A stretch of 63,503 nucleotides of DNA from Candidatus Omnitrophota bacterium (GTDB lineage: Bacteria; Omnitrophota; Gorgyraeia; 1-14-0-20-64-10): the NCBI GenBank assembly GCA_016177405.1, contig JACOVG010000009.1, forward strand, positions 1-63,503, read 5' to 3'. Position 1 is the first letter of the stretch. Each line of letters begins with the position of its first letter. Under the pieces are notes generated by a model. That model was given only the letters and a program-made list of their open reading frames with translations, was not told the origin of the DNA and ran no database searches. Below, piece after piece: positions 7,751 through 15,217 of the stretch. Made by a program: the position numbers and the translations under genes.

Positions 7751-10455
7751 TCGAGCTGAAGAAGTATCAACACGACGCTGCGGATAACCTGAAAGAGCTG
7801 GTTGAGAAGGCGCTTAGATCTTCGGAGAATGAAGTGGTAATCTTCCAGGCGCCGACGGGCTCGGGGAAGACGCTCATGGTTTCCGAAGCCCTTAAGCGAC
7901 TTGTTAAGCACAGACCAGCAGGAGCCGGCCTCAGCTTCGTGTGGGTTTCAGTAAGGATGCTCCATGAGCAGAGCAAGGAGAAGCTCGAACGGTACTATGA
8001 GGACGACAGGCTCATCCAGTGCAGCTACTTCGATAATCTGGAAGACAGAAGAATTGCCGAGAACGAGATCCTGTTCATCAACTGGCACAGCATCAACAAG
8101 AAGGACATCAATATCTACGTCAAGGAAAACGAACAGGACAACAATCTCAATAGTATCGTCCAGAACACGAAGGATGAGGGTAGGCAGATAATCCTGATCA
8201 TTGACGAGAGCCACCATACAGCGAGCTCGGACAAGTCCAGGGAGCTGATTGAGGTAATATCCCCAAAGGCAACAATAGAGGTATCGGCCACGCCGCATCT
8301 CGCGGACGACGTCTCAGGCATTGAGAAGGTTCGCCTCGGGGACGTTAAAGGAGAAGAGATGATCAAATCGGAGATATCCGTGAATCCCGAATTCATGGAC
8401 ATAGAGATTGGCTCCAAGAGCTCGGACGAACTTGTCATAGAGCAGGCCCTGAAGAAGCGCGAGGAATTGGCGAAGCTCTTAAAGAAGCAGGGCTCGGAAG
8501 TGAACCCCCTCCTTCTAATTCAGCTTCCTGACAGGAAGGGAAACCTGATCAACAAAAAGGACACAGTAATAGAAATCCTTCGGAAGAAGGGCATCACTGA
8601 GCAGAAAGGCAATCTGGCTATATGGCTCTCAGAGGAGAAGTCCGACACGTTGCCGAACATCGAGAAGAATGACAACGATGTAGAAGTTCTGGTGTTCAAG
8701 CAAGCCATAGCATTGGGTTGGGACTGCCCTCGGGCAGCCATCCTCGTTATCTTTCGGGAATCGCACAGCTTCGTGTTTACTATCCAGACAATCGGCAGAA
8801 TCATGCGAATGCCAGAGCTTCGCTACTACGGAGAGGAGGAGTTGAACAAGGGCTTTGTGTTCACCAACCTGCCAAATATCGAGATTACCGAGGACTACGC
8901 GAAAGATTACGTTACGGTGTATGAGGCAAAACGGGACGATGCTCTATACAAGGAGGTTGCCCTGCCCTCAATCTATCTCAGAAGGCAGAGGGAAAGGACC
9001 AGGCTGTCAGGGAAGTTTGTAGATATCTTCCTGAGTGTGGCAGAGGAGTATAACTTGCAGAAGAGGATAACCGCAATCCCTTCGAAAGTGGTCAACCCGA
9101 TTATCGCCGATGGAAGAATTGTGAACATAGATCAGTCTGGGGAGGTTGCCCACAAGGGAACTGTTGACGTTCAATTGAATGAGGCGGAGCTACAGGATCG
9201 CTTTGACAGATTCGTGGCAGATATGTGTACACCCTTTGCTCCTGGCGATTCAAGCGACAGGATGAAGACAGCTCTGTATCAGTTCTTCAAGAAGACAACC
9301 AGGATTGATAAGTATAATCCGAGAGTCCAGCGCATTGTTCTTGGAAAGGAAAACGTTCAGACCTTCGTTGACACCATCAATATGGCAAAGGAGAGATTCC
9401 GGGCAGAGGTCATAGGAAAGTTGCAAGAGACGAGAGAAAAGGAGGTCACTCCAAAGTGGGAAATCCCTGCAATCACAAGCTACAACAGCAGGTACAAACG
9501 CCAGGATAAAACCAGATCAATAATGAAGCCGTTCTATGTAGCGAAACAGACTAGGCCCGAAGAGCAATTCGTAGAATTTCTTGAGGATTCAAAGCGTGCG
9601 AAGTGGTGGTTTAAGAATGGCGAGAGTGACCCGAGATATTTTGCTGTGCTTCGCACTGATGGCGCAGCGTTCTATCCCGATTTCATAGTTCAATTTGACA
9701 ACGGCAAGATTGGCATATTTGACACCAAGAGTGGAATAACTGCCAAGGACGCGAAAGAAAGGGCCGAAGGCTTGCAGAAGTACATCAAAGAGCAGGTCAA
9801 GAAGGGCAGGAAACTGTGGGGAGGCATCGTGCTCTCCAAGGACGGAAGTTTCAGGTACAACGATTCAGAGGTTTATTCTTTTGACGAAAAGGCGTTGGGG
9901 ATGGACTGGAAAGTTCTGAGTTTCGAGCGAGTTGAGAGAGAGGCACCTCCTGTCTCCACCATAGCCCCGCTTGAACGTATTGTGCCGGAAGAGGAGGAGA
10001 AGTACCGGACATGCGTTCCCCACCGGACGCTCAAGGCGGCCGCCGGGTCATTTGGAGAGGCGCAGACTGTTGAGCCGGATGGGTGGGTTAAGGTTCCGAC
10101 GTCTCGCCGCCTGCGCCCAGGTATGTTCGTTGCTCAGGTTGTCGGTCGGTCCATGGAGCCGCTCATTCCGTCGGGATCGTGGTGCCTCTTTGTGGGGCCT
10201 GTAGAGGGTAGCCGGCAGGGTCGCATCGTCCTTGTCCAGCACCGCGACATCCAGGATCCGGAGACGGACGGAAGCTACACGGTGAAACGCTATCGGCGCA
10301 CAGGGGAGAGTAACAGGGAAGGGGCAGAGCGCCACGGCGAGATTCGCCTGGAGCCGCTAAATCCCGAGTTTGAGCCGATCATCCTCAAGAATATCCTTGA
10401 GGATGAGGTACAGGTCATTGCTGAGCTCGTGGAAATACTCAAGGTACACCTGTAA
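7747..10455 (+). CDS. res: type III restriction enzyme Res (SF2 helicase plus PD-(D/E)xK nuclease) fused to a C-terminal S24 LexA-like peptidase domain
   Basis: FQAPTGSGKT, IIDESHH, SATP and QTIGRIMR helicase motifs. YPDF...IFDTKSG nuclease motif. The last ~150 aa carry LKAAAG/S (Ala766-Gly767), VVGRSMEP (Ser802) and TVKRY (Lys847). ATGA overlap with mod. Confidence 0.8.
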   Translation: MIELKKYQHDAADNLKELVEKALRSSENEVVIFQAPTGSGKTLMVSEALKRLVKHRPAGAGLSFVWVSVRMLHEQSKEKLERYYEDDRLIQCSYFDNLEDRRIAENEILFINWHSINKKDINIYVKENEQDNNLNSIVQNTKDEGRQIILIIDESHHTASSDKSRELIEVISPKATIEVSATPHLADDVSGIEKVRLGDVKGEEMIKSEISVNPEFMDIEIGSKSSDELVIEQALKKREELAKLLKKQGSEVNPLLLIQLPDRKGNLINKKDTVIEILRKKGITEQKGNLAIWLSEEKSDTLPNIEKNDNDVEVLVFKQAIALGWDCPRAAILVIFRESHSFVFTIQTIGRIMRMPELRYYGEEELNKGFVFTNLPNIEITEDYAKDYVTVYEAKRDDALYKEVALPSIYLRRQRERTRLSGKFVDIFLSVAEEYNLQKRITAIPSKVVNPIIADGRIVNIDQSGEVAHKGTVDVQLNEAELQDRFDRFVADMCTPFAPGDSSDRMKTALYQFFKKTTRIDKYNPRVQRIVLGKENVQTFVDTINMAKERFRAEVIGKLQETREKEVTPKWEIPAITSYNSRYKRQDKTRSIMKPFYVAKQTRPEEQFVEFLEDSKRAKWWFKNGESDPRYFAVLRTDGAAFYPDFIVQFDNGKIGIFDTKSGITAKDAKERAEGLQKYIKEQVKKGRKLWGGIVLSKDGSFRYNDSEVYSFDEKALGMDWKVLSFERVEREAPPVSTIAPLERIVPEEEEKYRTCVPHRTLKAAAGSFGEAQTVEPDGWVKVPTSRRLRPGMFVAQVVGRSMEPLIPSGSWCLFVGPVEGSRQGRIVLVQHRDIQDPETDGSYTVKRYRRTGESNREGAERHGEIRLEPLNPEFEPIILKNILEDEVQVIAELVEILKVHL

Positions 10456-10546
10456 GGCTGGCTGTGTGTCAAGGCAATGCTAGTAGCCTTCGGGATTTAG
10501 GGCGTTTGTATGTAGGTGGTCAAAGTGTGAGTTGGTTACTACCTAA

Positions 10547-11572
10547 ATGAAGATAGCTCGCCTTTCCCTTGAAAAAAGAGCAGCGGTAATTCTTGGTGCG
10601 GGAGCAACAAGGGGCGCAAGTTGTTTCAAGAATACCTGGAAGGTTCCACCTTTGGATGGAGACTTTTTCTCGAAAATCCAGATGATTGCTGACGAACTGC
10701 CAGGAGGCGAGTCGGCAGAGCTTCTTTCGTTAGCTCGTTCAGAATTTGGTGAAGAGTTAGATGTCTCGATGGAGAAATTCTTTACCCAAATTGAATTCCT
10801 CGATACATTTCATAGAGATTTAAGGATACGAGGACCTAGAGTTAGAAGATACGATGACATTTTAAGGAACTATGTTGGAACGATAGCGTCTGTATTCGGG
10901 GCAATTCTTCTCGAGAGCAACGGTCGAGAGAAGTCTTGTGATTATCACGATGCGCTTGCAGCCGCTCTCCAGCCTCGAGATGTGATTCTATCTTTTAATT
11001 ATGATTGTCTCATGGACAGGGCTCTTCAGAAGCACTCTGGAAAACGCTGGAGCGCTGGAAGAGGATATGGTTTCGAGATCAAGAAGGGTATCGAAGGATG
11101 GCAGAATCGTGCTGGTAAGGGGCGGATTGCCAAGGAATCGATTTTGCTTCTGAAGATGCACGGCTCGCTCAATTGGGATAGGCGCTGGAGGGGCTATACA
11201 AAATTGCGCTCGGAACCGTACACTTCAGACGTTCGTGGATCTAACGAGATAATTCCCCCCATTTGGAATAAGGACATTGCTGGCGACAATAAGTTGGCTG
11301 GGGTATGGAAGATGGCGCGGATGGCTTTGAGACGCGGTCCGATTCTATTGGTAGTTGGATATTCTGTTCCAGAGACCGACTTACTGAGCCAGGCCTTGAT
11401 AAGGGTAGCAACCTCCGAAGGTTCAAGGAAGCTATCGCATCTAATCATAGCCAACCCCGATCTCGAAGCGAGAGCGAGAGTTAAACGATTGGTTCGGAAG
11501 GCTATTGGGGATAGGACGAGGGTGATTGAATTGGAAACATTTGAGGAGTTGGCGGAACTACTAAGACCGTAG
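10547..11572 (+). CDS. stand-alone SIR2-like (SIR2_2-type) protein, paralogue of 4621..5751
   Basis: 341 aa. VILGAGATRGAS, SFNYDCLMD, LLKMHGSLNW (His205 at 11159-11161), VVGYSVPETD. Collinear motif order with the first SIR2-like ORF. Confidence 0.7.
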   Translation: MKIARLSLEKRAAVILGAGATRGASCFKNTWKVPPLDGDFFSKIQMIADELPGGESAELLSLARSEFGEELDVSMEKFFTQIEFLDTFHRDLRIRGPRVRRYDDILRNYVGTIASVFGAILLESNGREKSCDYHDALAAALQPRDVILSFNYDCLMDRALQKHSGKRWSAGRGYGFEIKKGIEGWQNRAGKGRIAKESILLLKMHGSLNWDRRWRGYTKLRSEPYTSDVRGSNEIIPPIWNKDIAGDNKLAGVWKMARMALRRGPILLVVGYSVPETDLLSQALIRVATSEGSRKLSHLIIANPDLEARARVKRLVRKAIGDRTRVIELETFEELAELLRP

Positions 11573-11590
11573 TGATTAAATACTGCAGAG

Positions 11591-11744
11591 CAGTAACGGT
11601 TTTAGGGTAAGGTACCTTCTTTGACGTAGATTTCAAAGGTGGTGTCTTGTAGCTTGATGTCTCGGATCCGGGATTTGTGGCGGCTGTACCGCCTGGCGGC
11701 TGTACCGGGTTCCGAGGGGACAGGTAACGAACCGGAGGTTTCAG
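11591..11744. repeat. island-1 right boundary repeats (CAGTAACGGTTTTAGG plus partial A-type element)
   Basis: CAGTAACGGTTTTAGG at 11591-11606. TGTACCGGGTTCCGAGGGGACAGGTAACGA at 11701-11730 resembles the A-type element GGTACCGGGTACGCGGGGGACAGGTAAC of island 2. Confidence 0.55.
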
Positions 11745-11746
11745 AC

Positions 11747-11914
11747 ATGGCGGAAGGTGGATTCTTAGTCACGTTTGACGCGAAGAAGGCAAAACCCCAA
11801 AGGTGTTACGCGGTGGCGTTTGATTACGATGAGTGGGCTTACAGTGTCAATGATAAGAAAAAGGCCGCGATACCCAAGGGAACTGCAAAGATCACCATTG
11901 AGATTGAGCTGTAG
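11747..11914 (+). CDS. small hypothetical protein (55 aa)
   Basis: ATG at 11747 preceded by GGAGGT 8 nt upstream. The longer ORF-track start 11639 lies inside repeat sequence. No recognisable motif. Confidence 0.3.
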   Translation: MAEGGFLVTFDAKKAKPQRCYAVAFDYDEWAYSVNDKKKAAIPKGTAKITIEIEL

Positions 11915-13406
11915 CAGGGGCAACGCCAAGATCGCGCGGTCGGCAGGCGCGCTCGCGCTCACCCTCCTTGCCGCCCCCGCCTATCCCTACCAAGCCGACG
12001 TTGAGCTGATCCCGCCGGGCCGCTACGCGGAGGTCACCGTGCGGGAGATCCGGCAGGCCAAGACCTCCATCCACCTCGTCATGTACCTCATCTCCCTGCC
12101 GCCGACCAAGACCAGCTCGGTGGTGCACCAACTGCTGGATGCCCTCGTCGAAGCCCAATCGCGCGGGGTGGCTGTGCAGGTGGTCCTGGATGAGAACGTG
12201 GATTGGAGCGAGGACAGCGTCCTGAACTTCCAGGCTGTCTCGGAGAAGAATGGGCCGGCTGCCCGGTACCTCCAAGCGCGGGGGGTTCGCGTATTCTTCG
12301 ATGATGCGACAATGTTCACGCACGCGAAGACCCTGGTCATTGACGAAACGACCACCATCCTCGGATCTGCTAACTGGAGCGAGACGGCCCTCACCCAAAG
12401 CGTAGAGACCAACACCTTGATCCGCTCCTCCGCCTTCGCCCGGGAGGTTCTGCGGAGCCTGGCGGCCGTGGCGCGGCATGCCTCGGCGGCGGGGGCCGCG
12501 GAAGGCGTGCCGGTGTCCTGGGCGTTCCTGGGCGATCCGGCATTGCTGGGGCGGCTGGTGGCCGCCCGGGATGTGCGGGCGTTGGATCTCTACCTGCTGT
12601 TGCTGCGGCGGTTCGACGGGAATCCCGAGGGCAGGGTGGCCATTCACGATGAGACCATTCGAGAGGCGCTGGGCGTCCGGAAGTATCCCGACTGGCAGAA
12701 CACCGTCTGGAAGGTACTGCGGCGGCTGGAGCGCCGCTACGGGTTGATCACCGCCACGGCTGGTCAGGATCGGACCGTGCGGCTCAAAACCCCCGGCCGT
12801 CCCTCCGAACCTTACCAGGCGCCGCTCAACGCCACCGTCCGGGTGCCTGCCGGCTACTGGGAGTGGGGCTGGCACCGAACACTGACCTTGCCTGGCAAGG
12901 TGATGTACTTGTTGGGCCAGCATTACGCCGCGGTGTCGCCCACGGCCCCGGTGTGGTTTCACTCGCTGGAGCATCTGCAGGCTGCTCACGGGTTTTCGAG
13001 CGAGTTTGCCCAGCGTGGCCTTCGGGAGCTTCGCCGGCGCAATCTGGTGGACGCGAAGGCGGATGTGTTGGCGCCGGGGCAATACCATCGGCGGAAGGCC
13101 AACCGGTATGTTCTCCGTGCGTTGTATGACCCGGCCGTGCCGGCGAAACAGCTCGCGGCTTTGGAGGTCCGGCACGGGCGCCAGACCGTCCGGCGGGCGG
13201 CGGCCTACGCCGCGCTTGTGTATGAAGACAACGATGTGGGGGCCATCGAACGGTTGATCCAGTTGGAAACGTTGTATGGCCCCTCCGTGGTGCGGACCGC
13301 CGCCCGCAAGATTGGTGCCATGCATGGGAGCAACCCCAAGCGGACGGCAGCGTATCTCATTCGGACCATCGAGGGGATCGGCCGCGACACCGCGCGGGGC
13401 AAGTGA
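11904..13406 (+). CDS. secreted single-HKD phospholipase D/Nuc-like protein with C-terminal winged-helix-like region
   Basis: FTHAKTLVIDETTTILGSANWSETAL (HxK...GSxN; His codon at 12321). Signal-peptide-like ARSAGALALTLLAAPAYP. A TTG at 11904 gives a sensible N-terminus; the ORF-track ATG at 11775 overlaps the upstream small ORF. Confidence 0.6.
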   Translation: MSCSRGNAKIARSAGALALTLLAAPAYPYQADVELIPPGRYAEVTVREIRQAKTSIHLVMYLISLPPTKTSSVVHQLLDALVEAQSRGVAVQVVLDENVDWSEDSVLNFQAVSEKNGPAARYLQARGVRVFFDDATMFTHAKTLVIDETTTILGSANWSETALTQSVETNTLIRSSAFAREVLRSLAAVARHASAAGAAEGVPVSWAFLGDPALLGRLVAARDVRALDLYLLLLRRFDGNPEGRVAIHDETIREALGVRKYPDWQNTVWKVLRRLERRYGLITATAGQDRTVRLKTPGRPSEPYQAPLNATVRVPAGYWEWGWHRTLTLPGKVMYLLGQHYAAVSPTAPVWFHSLEHLQAAHGFSSEFAQRGLRELRRRNLVDAKADVLAPGQYHRRKANRYVLRALYDPAVPAKQLAALEVRHGRQTVRRAAAYAALVYEDNDVGAIERLIQLETLYGPSVVRTAARKIGAMHGSNPKRTAAYLIRTIEGIGRDTARGK

Positions 13407-13484
13407 GGCGCCCTCTGGCCAGGCCAGCAGCCCGTCCCGGACGCGGATCTGGAACGTCCTGTTATAATGTCAGTTGATCGTTCT

Positions 13485-13571
13485 GGAGAGATGCCAGAGT
13501 GGACGATCGGGACCGCCTCGAAAGCGGTTAGGCCCGCAAGGGTCTCGGAGGTTCGAATCCTCCTCTCTCCG
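13485..13571 (+). tRNA. tRNA-Ser (anticodon CGA)
   Basis: GGAGAGA/TCTCTCC acceptor, anticodon stem ACCGC/GCGGT with loop CTCGAAA, long variable arm, T-loop TTCGAAT. Confidence 0.85.
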
Positions 13572-13587
13572 AAGATTCCACTTTCCT

Positions 13588-13679
13588 GGAGAGGTTGCTG
13601 AGTGGCTGAAAGCACGCGACTGGAAATCGCGTAGCTGCCGAAAGGTGGCTCCAGGGTTCGAATCCCTGCCTCTCCGCCA
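13588..13679 (+). tRNA. tRNA-Ser (anticodon GGA), CCA encoded
   Basis: GGAGAGG/CCTCTCC acceptor, anticodon stem CGCGA/TCGCG with loop CTGGAAA, long variable arm, ends GCCA. Confidence 0.85.
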
Positions 13680-13750
13680 TTTTTGCCCGAGTCTTAACAC
13701 TGGCAAAAATGGCGGAATAACTATGCATTGTGTCTATGAGCCCTTTCACA

Positions 13751-13818
13751 ACGTCATCCTCGCGTAAGCGAGGATCGAACGCCCGTCCAGATTCCCGCTT
13801 TCGCGGGAATGACGACGT
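13751..13818. repeat. REP-like double hairpin (mirror arrangement of the 2098-2150 unit)
   Basis: ACGTCATCCTCGC-gtaa-GCGAGGAT ... ATTCCCGC-tttc-GCGGGAATGACGACGT. Confidence 0.7.
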
Positions 13819-13838
13819 TGTTCTGATTTGGCTGAAGA

Positions 13839-14960
13839 TTGCAATCCGACGCTGATCACCACTCGCTAGCCCTCCTCGCCGCTGTCTTCTTCTTTTCGGG
13901 GTGCGCGGCGCTGCCGCTGGACTCCTCAACGATCCCCCATCCCTCCAGCCGGTCGGGGCTTGAATTCCGCGCCGATTACAGGGAGGCGGTGGGGGTGATT
14001 CACATCCACTCGACCTACTCGGACGGCTCTCGTCCCATCGAAGAGATCGCCGAGATCGCCAACCGCCAAGAGCTGGATTTCCTGATCTTCACCGACCACG
14101 ACACCCTGCAGGGGCGACGGGACGGGAAAGAGGGCTGGTACGGCAAGACCCTCGCCCTGATCGATGAAGAGATCTCCACGAAGGGCGGGCATTATCTCGC
14201 CCTGGGTGTGGACCGGGAGGTCCCGCGCCTGCAGGACCCCCAGGGGACCATCGAGGCGGTTTCCGCGCAGGGGGGGCTGGGGTTCGTGGCGCATCCCTTG
14301 TGGCCCAGGCGGCCCTGGAAGAATCTTGGCGCGCGGGGGATGACGGGGCTCGAGATCTACAGCGGCGTTGCCGACGTCACCGAGGAGAATCTCCTTTGGA
14401 TGGGCTTTTGGACCATCTTCGCGGGGTCGGAATTCACCATCCTGGAATGGCTGGACCGGCCGGCCGGATCGCTGGCCTTGTGGGACCGCTGGCTGGCCGC
14501 GGGCGAGCCGGTGGTGGGAATTGGCTCGCCCGATGCCCACGGCCTGCGGCGTTTTGGGCTTCGGCTGGGACCCTACGCGGCGGTGTTCCGGCTGGTCAGG
14601 AATCATCTTTGGGTCCGGGAGCTTTCCAAGGAGGGGATTCACGAGGCGCTGGCCTCCGGCCGGCTTTTTGTGGCGCACGACCTGGTGGCCGACGCGGCCG
14701 GCTTCCAGTTCTTGGCGGTGCGGGAGCAATCGGTGGCCGCGGTCTCGGGCCAGAGGGTGAAGCTTGCCCCGGGGCTCAAGCTGTATGCTTACCTGCCTTC
14801 TCCCGGGAAGATCTTCCTGATGAAGGACGGCGCCAGGGTCGCCGCGGCGGAGGGCCAGCATCTTTGGTTTGAGGCGGCGGCGCCCGGCGTTTACCGGGTG
14901 GAGGCGGCAAAGGGCGGCAAGCCCTGGATCTACAGCAACCCCATCTACGTGTTAGAATAG
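13839..14960 (+). CDS. PHP-domain (CehA/McbA-like) metallohydrolase, probable lipoprotein
   Basis: VIHIHSTYSDGS PHP motif, later FVAHP and SPDAHG. N-terminal AAVFFFSGC lipobox-like signal. Confidence 0.55.
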   Translation: MQSDADHHSLALLAAVFFFSGCAALPLDSSTIPHPSSRSGLEFRADYREAVGVIHIHSTYSDGSRPIEEIAEIANRQELDFLIFTDHDTLQGRRDGKEGWYGKTLALIDEEISTKGGHYLALGVDREVPRLQDPQGTIEAVSAQGGLGFVAHPLWPRRPWKNLGARGMTGLEIYSGVADVTEENLLWMGFWTIFAGSEFTILEWLDRPAGSLALWDRWLAAGEPVVGIGSPDAHGLRRFGLRLGPYAAVFRLVRNHLWVRELSKEGIHEALASGRLFVAHDLVADAAGFQFLAVREQSVAAVSGQRVKLAPGLKLYAYLPSPGKIFLMKDGARVAAAEGQHLWFEAAAPGVYRVEAAKGGKPWIYSNPIYVLE

Positions 14961-14980
14961 GTTCCTCTTGGTGGGTCGTT

Positions 14981-15057
14981 GCGCTCGTAGCTCAGCTGGA
15001 TAGAGCACCAGCTTGCGGAGCTGGGTGTCGCGTGTTCGAATCACGCCGAGCGCGCCA
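14981..15057 (+). tRNA. tRNA-Arg (anticodon GCG), CCA encoded
   Basis: GCGCTCG/CGAGCGC acceptor, anticodon stem CCAGC/GCTGG with loop TTGCGGA, T-loop TTCGAAT. Confidence 0.8.
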
Positions 15058-15083
15058 TTTTCCTTTGTTCCCGTTGGCAGCCG

Positions 15084-15176
15084 GGAGGGGTGGCAGAGCG
15101 GCCGAATGCAACTCACTGCTAATGAGTTAACCTGCCAAAAGCGGGTTCCTGGGTTCAAATCCCAGCCCCTCCGCCA
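15084..15176 (+). tRNA. tRNA-Ser (anticodon GCU), CCA encoded
   Basis: GGAGGGG/CCCCTCC acceptor, anticodon stem ACTCA/TGAGT with loop CTGCTAA, long variable arm, T-loop TTCAAAT. Confidence 0.85.
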
Positions 15177-15217
15177 TTAAAAGCAGTCGTAAGCTGTAAG
15201 AGAAAGATGAGCATTCC

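Noticed and set aside
14981-15057. tRNA-Arg with anticodon GCG rather than the usual ACG
   Set aside because: The anticodon is clear in sequence. I cannot judge without a genome-wide tRNA set whether this is unusual for the lineage, so it is not reported as a finding.
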